Shown here: piece after piece, positions 1 to 9,070 of the stretch | Layout: every line of letters starts with the position of its first letter | How positions within the stretch are numbered: the first letter of the stretch is position 1 | From: a virus | Lineage: Duplodnaviria; Caudoviricetes | Virus record (IMG/VR): IMGVR_UViG_3300017914_001116 | Location: 1-31,380 of that record | Length of the DNA stretch: 31,380 nucleotides | Reading direction: 5' to 3' (one strand) | Notes under the pieces: generated by a model | Databases searched by the model: none | What the model was told of the DNA's origin: nothing | Seen by the model: only the letters and a program-made list of their open reading frames with translations | Position numbers and translations under genes: made by a program

Positions 1-414
1 ATTGACACAGCTAGCGGTGAATTAGAAATTGTAGAAGTCAAAGATATGATAACCATCGACGATGTGTTACATAGAGTAATTGATATTAAGTGGGCCGGCA
101 TTGAAAAGCCTGATATTGTAATTAGTAGGTCTGGCAATAAATTTAAAATTGAGCTGTCGGAAGAATTCGGCGGCACGTATAAGTTAGCAGAACAGTTTGC
201 AGATTTACCTAAAAGAAAAATCTTTTGGAAAGGTGACACTGTGCTGAGTTTTGATTTTTGTGAATACAATGATCCGCATATAGTTTATAACACAAAGTAT
301 ACAACTATTGATGAGATTGTAGCTGGTCCTATTGAATTTGAAATGTCAGTTCCAGAAGATTACAGCATTTTTACAAGAAGAATATTTAAAAATTATGTGG
401 TACAGGAAGTATGA
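1..414 (+). CDS. Hypothetical protein, 5'-truncated by the window edge
   Basis: Frame 1 is open from base 1 (IDTASGELEIVEVKDM...), so the ATG at 46 is probably internal. The stop overlaps the next ATG (ATGA at 411-414). Confidence 0.75.
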   Translation: MDTASGELEIVEVKDMITIDDVLHRVIDIKWAGIEKPDIVISRSGNKFKIELSEEFGGTYKLAEQFADLPKRKIFWKGDTVLSFDFCEYNDPHIVYNTKYTTIDEIVAGPIEFEMSVPEDYSIFTRRIFKNYVVQEV

Positions 415-1319
415 AAAAAGTAATTGAGTTTGATGTTTTTTTCTTAAGCTATGACGAGCCTAACGCAGATTTGCACTTTGCAGATTTGTGTAATAAGGTT
501 CCGTGGGCCAAGCGTATCCACGGAGTAAAAGGAAGTGATCACGCTCATAAAGCAGCAGCTGAGCAGTCGGAAACAGAATGGCTATTAACTGTTGATGCAG
601 ATAATATTGTAAATCCTAAGTTCTTTGATCTAGAACTTGATATGAGCGATCCTAATATGAAAGCATACAGCTGGTGCGGAAGAAATAATATCAACGGACT
701 AAGGTATGGCAATGGTGGGCTGAAGTTGTGGAATAGACAACACGTTTTAGATATGAAAACGCACGAAAACAGCGAAAGCGAAAGAGCCCAAGTTGATTTT
801 TGTTGGGAAGAAGGTTATAGAAACTTTCCTAGAACATACAGCGACACAATAATAAATGCTAGTCCGTTTATGGCTTGGCGAGCAGGATTCCGTGAAGGCG
901 TTAAAATGACACTCGATGGCGGTGTAAAAGTTCCGCCTATGGAAATAGAAGAAAGAATATGGTGGCATAATCTGCACAGACTAAGAGTATGGAGTTCGAT
1001 CGGTAGCCACATAGAAAATGGTATATGGGCAATCTACGGCGCTAGACTAGGAACATATATGACTAATTGTACTGACTGGGATTATGTAGACGTTCGTGAC
1101 TTTGAAAAACTTACCGAACTTTACAACAGCCAGTGTAAAAAGTATGAACAAGATGAAAAGGGACTTGTAGAAGAAATTAGGAAACTCGGACAAGAAATAA
1201 GATATAAGCTAGGCTTACAATGGCCAGATTTCGACGCTGTTGAAAGTAGATATATTATGGATCTTTACGAGGAAACTATTAAACTAGGTACTACCTACTA
1301 CAGTAAAACATATGTATGA
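411..1319 (+). CDS. Putative GT-A-fold glycosyltransferase-like protein
   Basis: N-terminal beta strand VFFLSYDE, then RIHGVKGSDHAH and a DxD motif (TVDADN). Paralog of the C-terminal domain of the next gene (shared YGxGGxKL and W.xxFRE..K motifs). Confidence 0.6.
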   Translation: MKKVIEFDVFFLSYDEPNADLHFADLCNKVPWAKRIHGVKGSDHAHKAAAEQSETEWLLTVDADNIVNPKFFDLELDMSDPNMKAYSWCGRNNINGLRYGNGGLKLWNRQHVLDMKTHENSESERAQVDFCWEEGYRNFPRTYSDTIINASPFMAWRAGFREGVKMTLDGGVKVPPMEIEERIWWHNLHRLRVWSSIGSHIENGIWAIYGARLGTYMTNCTDWDYVDVRDFEKLTELYNSQCKKYEQDEKGLVEEIRKLGQEIRYKLGLQWPDFDAVESRYIMDLYEETIKLGTTYYSKTYV

Positions 1320-2367
1320 TGTATTTTTTGTTAGCAATGGAAACGTTAATGAGGCAGCTTGGGAATCCTTTTGTAGCAGATTTCCGGCAGCGCAAAAAGT
1401 AGACAACGCGAAAACATTCCAAGACGTTGCAGACAAATCCCTAACTAAACATTTTTGGGTAGTATGGGATAATTTAATTCTTGACGAAAACTTCAAACTG
1501 GATTATAGAGTACCTGAATGGGATAAAGAATATATACACGTCTTTAAGAACGGTAATTTTTACGACGGTGTGTGTCTTTTTCCTAAGAGAGCTAAAATTT
1601 TACAACGTGAATGGGACTATAGATTTTTTACAAATAAAAAAGAAATAGACATTGTCTCGAGTGTGCCTAAGCCATACGACATAATTTTTATTAGTTATAA
1701 TGAAGTTGATGCTAGGATAAACTACACACATCTGTGTACCAAGTACCCCAGAGCTAAACGGGTACACGGTATAAAAGGAATACACAATGCTCATATTGAA
1801 GCAGCACGACAAAGCACAACAGAAATGACATACATAGTTGATGCCGATGCTGTGCTATTAGATGACTTTAAGTTTGATATGCAAATACCTTATTATGACT
1901 TCCACGGTAAAAAAACTGTTTATGTATGGCGCAGTAGAAATCCTATTACTGACTTAGAATACGGGTACGGTGGTGTTAAACTATTTCCTACCCAACTAAC
2001 AATTGATATGGATACCAGTAGCGCAGATATGACAACAAGTATAAGCGACAGTTTTAAGGTTATGCCTGAAGTTAGTAACATTACAGCTTTCAACACAGAC
2101 CCATACAGCACTTGGAAAAGTGCATTTAGAGAATGTTGTAAGTTAGCAAGTAGAACTATTAAAGGCCAAAACGATGACGAAACAGATACACGTTTATCAA
2201 AATGGTGTTCTGCTTACGGCAGAGATAGACCGTTTGGCGATTATGCTATACAAGGTGCAAGAGCCGGCAGAAAATATGGAATAGAAAATAGTGCAAATCC
2301 AGATGCACTGAAAATGATAAATGATTTTGAATGGTTAAGGAAACAGTTTGATGCAAGACAAGTCTAG
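1312..2367 (+). CDS. Putative GT-A-fold glycosyltransferase-like protein with an internal duplication
   Basis: Degenerate N-terminal repeat (YDVFFVS...FWVVWD) followed by a full domain (YDIIFISYNE, RVHGIKGIHNAH, IVDADA, YGYGGVKLF, WKSAFRECCK). Confidence 0.6.
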   Translation: MYDVFFVSNGNVNEAAWESFCSRFPAAQKVDNAKTFQDVADKSLTKHFWVVWDNLILDENFKLDYRVPEWDKEYIHVFKNGNFYDGVCLFPKRAKILQREWDYRFFTNKKEIDIVSSVPKPYDIIFISYNEVDARINYTHLCTKYPRAKRVHGIKGIHNAHIEAARQSTTEMTYIVDADAVLLDDFKFDMQIPYYDFHGKKTVYVWRSRNPITDLEYGYGGVKLFPTQLTIDMDTSSADMTTSISDSFKVMPEVSNITAFNTDPYSTWKSAFRECCKLASRTIKGQNDDETDTRLSKWCSAYGRDRPFGDYAIQGARAGRKYGIENSANPDALKMINDFEWLRKQFDARQV

Positions 2368-3712
2368 AATAGAAAAATTTATACCTATTATGGATGAAGT
2401 TTCGCCTACCTTCTGTATGGCGAAGTGGCATCACACTACAATATATTTAGGAACAGGAGAAACACATAGCTGCTATCATCCTGCTCCTCACAAGATACCG
2501 CTAGAGGGACTCGAAGATAATCCTAGTCTTTTGCATAATACTCCCCAGAAAAAATCTGAAAGACAACAGATGATTAACGGAGAGAAACCTAGCGGTTGCC
2601 AATACTGCTGGAATATAGAATGTATGGGTAAGGACTATATTTCAGATAGGAAAGAGCGTAATGCGAGTATACACACCGAAGAACGTTTTAATGCAATTAA
2701 ACAAGATCCTATGGCAGATGTTAACCCGCAGTACATAGAAATAAGTTTTGGTAACGAATGTAATTTTAAATGTGGTTATTGTCACCCCAAGCACAGCAGC
2801 AGTTATCATAAAGAAATACGAGATTTTGGGCCGTATAGTATGGTTAAAAATCATAGAAATGATGTTGACTGGTTTAAAATTTACGAGGAAGAAAATAATC
2901 CTTATGTTAAAGCCTGGTGGAAGTGGTGGCCTGAAGTTAGAAAAACTTTGACCATTTTACGTATAACTGGCGGCGAACCTCTATTGCAACAAAGCACTTG
3001 GCGTATGTTTGAAGAACTGGAGAAAAATCCTTGTCCTAATCTCGAACTTAATATTAACAGTAACTTTGGTGTGAAGCCTATACTTATTGAACGCTTCGCA
3101 GACAAGGTTAATACACTTGTTGAAAAAGGTTGCATAAAAGATTTCAAAGTATTTACTAGTATGGATACTTGGGGCAAGCAAGCAGAGTATATACGTACAG
3201 GCTTAGACTTAGATGTATGGGAGAAAAACTTTGACACATATATGAATAAGACAAATATGCCTTTAACATTTATGGTTACATTTAATATCCTTACTGTTAC
3301 TAATTTTGACAAACTGTTGACGAAGTTTTTAGAGTGGCGCAAAAAATATAATAATAATGATCAAACTAAATGGCAGCGTATTAGGTTTGATACTCCATAT
3401 CTCAAAGAACCGTTGCAGTACGATATGAATATTCTACCTAAGAATGAATTTTTACCTTATATGGAAAAGCATCTTAAATTTATAAAAGACAATTTAGATG
3501 ATACTAATAGGCATAAGTTTAGCGAAATGGAATACGAGAAGTTCAGACGTGTAGTAGATTATTTTGCAAGCACAGAATATGGTGTAGATAAATTAGTTGA
3601 AGGTCGTAGAGATTTCTTTAATTGGTTCACTGAATATGACAGAAGACGTGATCTTGATTTTGTTTCTACATTTCCAGAGCTAGAAAAATTTTATGAGGAT
3701 TGCAATGTCTAA
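2351..3712 (+). CDS. Radical SAM protein with an N-terminal Twitch/SPASM-like Cys cluster
   Basis: CNFKCGYC (CxxxCxxC) and ITGGEP. N-terminal FCMAKW...SCYH...GCQYC; C-terminal DF..TFPEL. ATG at 2351 preferred over TTG at 2348. Confidence 0.88.
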   Translation: MQDKSRIEKFIPIMDEVSPTFCMAKWHHTTIYLGTGETHSCYHPAPHKIPLEGLEDNPSLLHNTPQKKSERQQMINGEKPSGCQYCWNIECMGKDYISDRKERNASIHTEERFNAIKQDPMADVNPQYIEISFGNECNFKCGYCHPKHSSSYHKEIRDFGPYSMVKNHRNDVDWFKIYEEENNPYVKAWWKWWPEVRKTLTILRITGGEPLLQQSTWRMFEELEKNPCPNLELNINSNFGVKPILIERFADKVNTLVEKGCIKDFKVFTSMDTWGKQAEYIRTGLDLDVWEKNFDTYMNKTNMPLTFMVTFNILTVTNFDKLLTKFLEWRKKYNNNDQTKWQRIRFDTPYLKEPLQYDMNILPKNEFLPYMEKHLKFIKDNLDDTNRHKFSEMEYEKFRRVVDYFASTEYGVDKLVEGRRDFFNWFTEYDRRRDLDFVSTFPELEKFYEDCNV

Positions 3713-4631
3713 ATTAGAATACAGTAACTCAAACAAAACTAATTTTCACGGTATTCGTTATGATGATCATAAAATATTTTTGAATAATGATAATAAAAAA
3801 CCTAGTAATATTTCTAAGAATGTAATGAATACTGAATTTTTTGTTAAGCGTAACAAAAAAAATCTTTTGTTGAATCTAGGCGAAAGCTGGACATATGGCG
3901 AAAGCCTAGGTGAGATTGCTACTGCATCCGAAAAGTTTGATTTACATACTCAATTAGATCACTGTTTTGGTCCTAAGTTATCGTTGTTATTAGATGCAGA
4001 TATCTATCAATATGCTGTGCCAGGAAACAATAATTTTTATATACAAACTGAGTTGGAGCGCATTTTAGAATATGTCACAACTCTTGGCTATGAAAACATA
4101 TATGTGAATATTCAAATTACAGAACCTAGCAGAGAATTTATTATACTAGATGAATTAAGAGATTCTAATCACGGATTTAAATTACTTTATGATAAAAAAT
4201 ATCTAAAAGAAAATCGTCCTACTTTCCAAGAGTGGTTACAGTTATACGATAAATTTAGTTTAGAATATATCGAAAATGCTGTTTCTAAATACAAAAATAT
4301 AAAAACACTTGTATGGAAAAATTTTTGTAAGTTTCAACATAATTTATCAACCGTAAATACAGTAGAAACAACTTGGATTGAATTTAGTGCGACCGTTAAT
4401 GGTCATAAGCTAACTAGTCCTGATTTTTATAATGTTAAATGGCTCAATGAATTTATTAAAACGAACAAGGCAGTACAGATTGAAAATAAGTACCTTAATA
4501 AACAATTAAAATTAATTGATATTAGCAACAAGTATCTTGGTAGTTCTTCCTACCATATTCCTCATCCTGATGAAACACAACACAGCCTTTGGGCCTTAAA
4601 ATTATATTATAGGTGGCATAATGAAATCTGA
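3705..4631 (+). CDS. SGNH/GDSL hydrolase-like protein
   Basis: Block I-like LGESWTYG, block II-like YAVPGNNN and a C-terminal HP...H. The start may be 3693 or 3705. Confidence 0.5.
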   Translation: MSKLEYSNSNKTNFHGIRYDDHKIFLNNDNKKPSNISKNVMNTEFFVKRNKKNLLLNLGESWTYGESLGEIATASEKFDLHTQLDHCFGPKLSLLLDADIYQYAVPGNNNFYIQTELERILEYVTTLGYENIYVNIQITEPSREFIILDELRDSNHGFKLLYDKKYLKENRPTFQEWLQLYDKFSLEYIENAVSKYKNIKTLVWKNFCKFQHNLSTVNTVETTWIEFSATVNGHKLTSPDFYNVKWLNEFIKTNKAVQIENKYLNKQLKLIDISNKYLGSSSYHIPHPDETQHSLWALKLYYRWHNEI

Positions 4632-5793
4632 TACATTTTGTATATTACCCTGGATTCATATGTACGTTAATCCAGACGGAAGTGTCCTGCCCTGTTGTAT
4701 TGGGGAATGGAATCAGCACTTAGGAAACGTAAGAAAAAACACTATAGAAGAAATATGGAACGATTTACCTTATCAGGAAATGCGAGATAATATGCTTAAG
4801 GGTAAACGTTGTACTGAATGTAAGGCTTGTTACCAGCAAGAAGACGCAGGATCAACAAGTACCAGACAAGAACGTAATGCGCAGTATGCACATTTAATTC
4901 CTACTGCTGATAGTATTCTGCCTCCAATGAATCTAAAGCACTTTGACGTAAGATGGAGTAATATCTGTAATTTTAAATGTAGAAGTTGTAGCAGTACCTA
5001 TTCTAGCACGTGGGCCCAGGAAGACAGTGCCAACGGAAATCTTAAAGACATTTTTATAATGGCAGATGGTGATGATAACAGCAAGCTCTATGATCAATTT
5101 TTGCCGCACTTTATCAATATGGAAAGTTTTTATTTTGCTGGAGGCGAACCGTTACTTACCGACAAGCATTATGATATTTTAGAACATCTAATTAGTTTAG
5201 GAAAAACTGATGTTCGCATTGAGTATAATACTAATCTAAGTAATCTAAGATACAAAAATAAAAGTGTAGTAGAGTTATGGAAGCACTTTTCTAATATACA
5301 AATTTTTGCAAGTTTAGATCATTACGGGGATAGAGCAGAATTTATTAGAGAAGGCACAGACTGGAATAAGATTGTAAGCAATATTGAAACAATTAAACAA
5401 GAAACTCCTCACGTACAGTTAAACTTTAGTAGTGTTTTAAGTGTTTTCAATTTACCTACTATAACAGACTTCTTAGATTATCTGTTTGATAAACAGTTAT
5501 TTGATTCAGATATTTGTCCTAGTTTTTATAATATTATGCATCCTGATCATTACAGTGCAAACATATTAACAGAAAATGAAAAATTAAGTATCGTAAACAA
5601 AATTAAGTCGAGAGCGCCTAGGTATAATACCCATATTCAAGCACTGTTAAAGGACACTGTGCGTCATTTAGAGAACAGTAAATTCAACCTAAGTAGTAGA
5701 GAAGAATTTGTTGTTACAACAGATTATTATGATAAAATACGTGATAGAGATTTTGCAAAAACATTTCCAGAGCTAAAAGGAATAGTTGAATGA
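4621..5793 (+). CDS. Radical SAM protein with an N-terminal Twitch/SPASM-like Cys cluster
   Basis: CNFKCRSC and FAGGEP. N-terminal FCILPW...PCC...CTECKAC; C-terminal DF..TFPEL. Paralog of 2351-3712. Confidence 0.9.
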   Translation: MKSDTFCILPWIHMYVNPDGSVLPCCIGEWNQHLGNVRKNTIEEIWNDLPYQEMRDNMLKGKRCTECKACYQQEDAGSTSTRQERNAQYAHLIPTADSILPPMNLKHFDVRWSNICNFKCRSCSSTYSSTWAQEDSANGNLKDIFIMADGDDNSKLYDQFLPHFINMESFYFAGGEPLLTDKHYDILEHLISLGKTDVRIEYNTNLSNLRYKNKSVVELWKHFSNIQIFASLDHYGDRAEFIREGTDWNKIVSNIETIKQETPHVQLNFSSVLSVFNLPTITDFLDYLFDKQLFDSDICPSFYNIMHPDHYSANILTENEKLSIVNKIKSRAPRYNTHIQALLKDTVRHLENSKFNLSSREEFVVTTDYYDKIRDRDFAKTFPELKGIVE

Positions 5794-7019
5794 AAATTTA
5801 TTTTGATAGTCTAGAACCTAACCAAGGAAATCTTGCTAATCTTTTAAGCGACAAGTGGTGGTCCATTAGTGACGGAACAGTAATGAAGCGAGAGTTGAAT
5901 GAGTTAGAAATTGGATACGAGACTCTAGATAATCTCGATATGCCGGGCGTATACTATGTAGACGTAAATGGAGATCCTAATTGGTGGAGCGGACAAGCTA
6001 AAGGAAACACACCTAAGCATATTATATACGATCTTCCGCAGCATATACTCGATCTAATTAGACAAAAGAAATTAAGATTGATCATTAAAGCTGATAAAGA
6101 AGGCGGTCCAATGGAGAACAGCGATATAGATGCCTTTGGTGCTACTTCTAATGCAATGATAGATAAACAATTACCTGCAGGAAGTGTGCTAGTAATGCAA
6201 GGTAATAGTAAAATTCAAAAACAGTATGAGGACTGGTTATTAAAAAATAACAGAGAAAGAATGTTTGAAGTAATGTACTGCAACCATTTTGCTAAAATAT
6301 TTTTTGATAACAAGATGCCTGATAAACCTTGCATCTATAATGCACTAATGAATCTTGAATCTAAGTCTTATAACAGTCTTAATAGAGTATATAGACCGCA
6401 TAGAGCTGCACACATTTATAATCTAAAAACTAATAACTTGTTAGATAAAGGTATTGTAAGTTTCAATACAAATGCTACTGATCATTACGAAGCTGCTGAT
6501 CTTGTAAACGTTAACAAACATCAGCTTGCAAAAGAATTAGACAGTGTATTTCCTATATACATAGACGGTGATTGGAAAAATGAAAATGCTGCTTGGAACT
6601 ACAACACAGAAATTTATGATAACAGTTATCTTACCGTAATAACAGAAACTATTTTTAAAGACAATACTAGTTTCGTTACAGAAAAAATCTTTAAGCCTAT
6701 TGCGCTAGGACATCCTTTTTTACTAATTGCCGGTAGCGGCACACTACAAACATTACAAGAGATGGGATTTAGATGCGACTTTTTAGGCATTGGTACAGAA
6801 TATGATCGTATAGAAAATCCTAGAGATAGGTTTATAGAAATTCATAGAATTTTGAAGTCTTGGGTTGAGCTAGACATTGATGAAAAACGCAGACGTATAG
6901 GCGACAGTATGGAGGCTATAATGCACAATTATAATTTAGTGCGTAGAAGAAACTATCATCACGAAGCAATAATTAAATCTTTAGAAAGCAGTGCAGAGTA
7001 TTTCAATGAAACAATTTAA
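5790..7019 (+). CDS. Putative glycosyltransferase (GT10/fucosyltransferase-like C-terminal domain)
   Basis: SLNRVYRPHR and VITET...FVTEKIFKPIALGHPF, resembling the E..N/T...TEK..A nucleotide-sugar motif of GT10-like enzymes. Confidence 0.5.
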   Translation: MKIYFDSLEPNQGNLANLLSDKWWSISDGTVMKRELNELEIGYETLDNLDMPGVYYVDVNGDPNWWSGQAKGNTPKHIIYDLPQHILDLIRQKKLRLIIKADKEGGPMENSDIDAFGATSNAMIDKQLPAGSVLVMQGNSKIQKQYEDWLLKNNRERMFEVMYCNHFAKIFFDNKMPDKPCIYNALMNLESKSYNSLNRVYRPHRAAHIYNLKTNNLLDKGIVSFNTNATDHYEAADLVNVNKHQLAKELDSVFPIYIDGDWKNENAAWNYNTEIYDNSYLTVITETIFKDNTSFVTEKIFKPIALGHPFLLIAGSGTLQTLQEMGFRCDFLGIGTEYDRIENPRDRFIEIHRILKSWVELDIDEKRRRIGDSMEAIMHNYNLVRRRNYHHEAIIKSLESSAEYFNETI

Positions 7020-7782
7020 AAATTACGATAGACTTTTTACATTTGGCTGTAGTATGACCAATTATTTTTGGCCTACGTGGGCAGACATAATTGCAAAAGA
7101 AGTACACCAACATTACAATTACGGTAAAAGTGGCGGCGGAAACCTTTTTATTAGTAACAGTATTATTGAAGCAAACAAAAAACATAAGTTTACCGACAAA
7201 GATCTTGTGCTAGTACTATGGTCTAGTATTTCGAGAGAAGATAGATACAAAAACGGCCAATGGGAAACACCGGGCAACATCTATACACAGAATCAAATTA
7301 GTATGCAGTTTGTACACGAATGGTCAGATAACAGATTTTATCTTATACGCGATCTCGGAATTATAGAAATGTCTAGCGTATATTTAGATAGCATTCCAAG
7401 TTATACACGTATGATGAATATGTCACCTCTTATTAGTTTAATGTTAGGCGGCGATATCAAGGAACAAGACAAATGGTATAAAGGTGTGCTAGAGTTCTAC
7501 AAAGACACAGTTGATAAATTAGAACCAAATGTTGTTGATACAGTTTATAATGGTCGCTGGCCGCAGACTCCTATAAGAGGACACGGAGGTAAAGGACAAA
7601 CAGCAGACTATCACCCAACTCCTATGGGTCATCTGAAGTATATCGAAACTGTATTTTCAGATTTTGAAATTACTGATACAATGCGCAATTATGCAGCAGA
7701 AGCTGAAGAAAAGGTTTTGAATTGTGAAACACTAGATCAAGTCGAAAACATATTCCCACAAACAAGGTTAGGCAGGTTATAA
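7006..7782 (+). CDS. SGNH/GDSL hydrolase-like protein (possible acetyltransferase or esterase)
   Basis: FGCSMT (block I), GKSGGGN (block II) and DYHP (block V-like). ATG at 7006. Confidence 0.55.
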   Translation: MKQFKNYDRLFTFGCSMTNYFWPTWADIIAKEVHQHYNYGKSGGGNLFISNSIIEANKKHKFTDKDLVLVLWSSISREDRYKNGQWETPGNIYTQNQISMQFVHEWSDNRFYLIRDLGIIEMSSVYLDSIPSYTRMMNMSPLISLMLGGDIKEQDKWYKGVLEFYKDTVDKLEPNVVDTVYNGRWPQTPIRGHGGKGQTADYHPTPMGHLKYIETVFSDFEITDTMRNYAAEAEEKVLNCETLDQVENIFPQTRLGRL

Positions 7783-8945
7783 TGCCTTGTATAAACAAAA
7801 GAGAACAGATATACCTACAAACTTACAATAAGTCTGCAACCGAGCTTATACATATGCCTTCGTCTACAGCAGTACAAGTGAAGCAAAGTATAAAGGACAA
7901 GTTTTTCTATGTGCAGTTTAGTGACGCCGGCAGTTTCCGTGTATATCCTATCAGCGAATTTATCTCTGCTGATATTTTAACAAGTATCCGAACTGGCGAC
8001 ACATTCTTAATGTTAGATAATTCATTAGAATATTTTTTAGACACAGTTGAAAGCATATATAGAGATATTGTTATAAAAGAAAATATTCCTGCAGACAAAA
8101 TTATCTTCTTATCCGCTGTACCTACAATGATAAACGAAGTCAAAAGAGTTGCACAGAAATATAATTTACCAGAAATTAAACTTGAATGGTTTACTGTATT
8201 CGAAGAAACTGGTCTAGACACCATTAGAACAAATAAAAATAAAATGCCTATGATTCGCAAAAGTAGGAAGTGGCCAAAAAAGTATTTGTGTTTGAACAGA
8301 CGCTGGCGATTACACAGGCCGTTTATGGTAAGTATGCTCTATGATAGAGGTTTATTAGAACACGGGCACGTAAGTCTAGCAACTAGCGATAATCCAGCTG
8401 TTGATAATTGGAACAGTGCTTTTAGCCAGTTAAGAAATATGTACAGAAATGATAATGATGTACAAAGTTTGATTGATAGATGTAATAATATACAACAGTT
8501 AGGAGACCTGTATTTAGATACTACAGATCTTGCTACAAACAGAGCTGTATACGAAGATAGCATTGCACCGTTTTACAGCGATACGTTCTTTAGTGTAGTA
8601 AATGAAACTACATATCACGAGGGCATTCCATTTCTAAGTGAAAAAATCTTCAAAGTAATTGCAATGGGACATCCGTTTGTTTTATCTTGCGCACCTAATA
8701 CTTTGCAGTATCTACACAAGTTAGGATACAAGACTTTTTCTCCTTTTATAGACGAAAGCTATGATAGTATTCAAAACAATAAACAACGTATGACTGCTAT
8801 TGTAGACCAAATTGAAAAGCTGTGCAGTATGTCAAAAGACGAAACTGTAAATTGGATCAACAATATAAGACCAATAGTACAGCATAACTTCGATGTACTA
8901 AAAAAGAAACAAAAAACACACAATGTTAGCCGTAAGATGAACTAA
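7782..8945 (+). CDS. Putative glycosyltransferase (GT10-like), paralog of 5790-7019
   Basis: CLNRRWRLHR and VVNET...FLSEKIFKVIAMGHPF...LGYKTF...DESYD. Confidence 0.5.
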   Translation: MPCINKREQIYLQTYNKSATELIHMPSSTAVQVKQSIKDKFFYVQFSDAGSFRVYPISEFISADILTSIRTGDTFLMLDNSLEYFLDTVESIYRDIVIKENIPADKIIFLSAVPTMINEVKRVAQKYNLPEIKLEWFTVFEETGLDTIRTNKNKMPMIRKSRKWPKKYLCLNRRWRLHRPFMVSMLYDRGLLEHGHVSLATSDNPAVDNWNSAFSQLRNMYRNDNDVQSLIDRCNNIQQLGDLYLDTTDLATNRAVYEDSIAPFYSDTFFSVVNETTYHEGIPFLSEKIFKVIAMGHPFVLSCAPNTLQYLHKLGYKTFSPFIDESYDSIQNNKQRMTAIVDQIEKLCSMSKDETVNWINNIRPIVQHNFDVLKKKQKTHNVSRKMN

Positions 8946-9049
8946 TAAAGGTGTCTTAAACGCATTTTAAGCGTCATACAGCAACATTACTTACACAACA
9001 CGAACAATGTATCATAATCAGAATAACAGACGTATAAACGCATTACAGT

Positions 9050-9055
9050 TAAATA
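9050..9055 (+). promoter_or_regulatory. Candidate T4-like late promoter core (TAAATA)
   Basis: TAAATA lies just upstream of the GGAGG RBS (9061-9065). The same motif recurs in other intergenic gaps. Confidence 0.4.
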
Positions 9056-9070
9056 TTTTTGGAGGAAAAA

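Noticed and set aside
3668-5775. 15-nt direct repeat ACATTTCCAGAGCTA at 3668 and 5761
   Set aside because: It encodes the shared TFPEL motif of the two radical SAM paralogs and is not an att site or mobile-element end.
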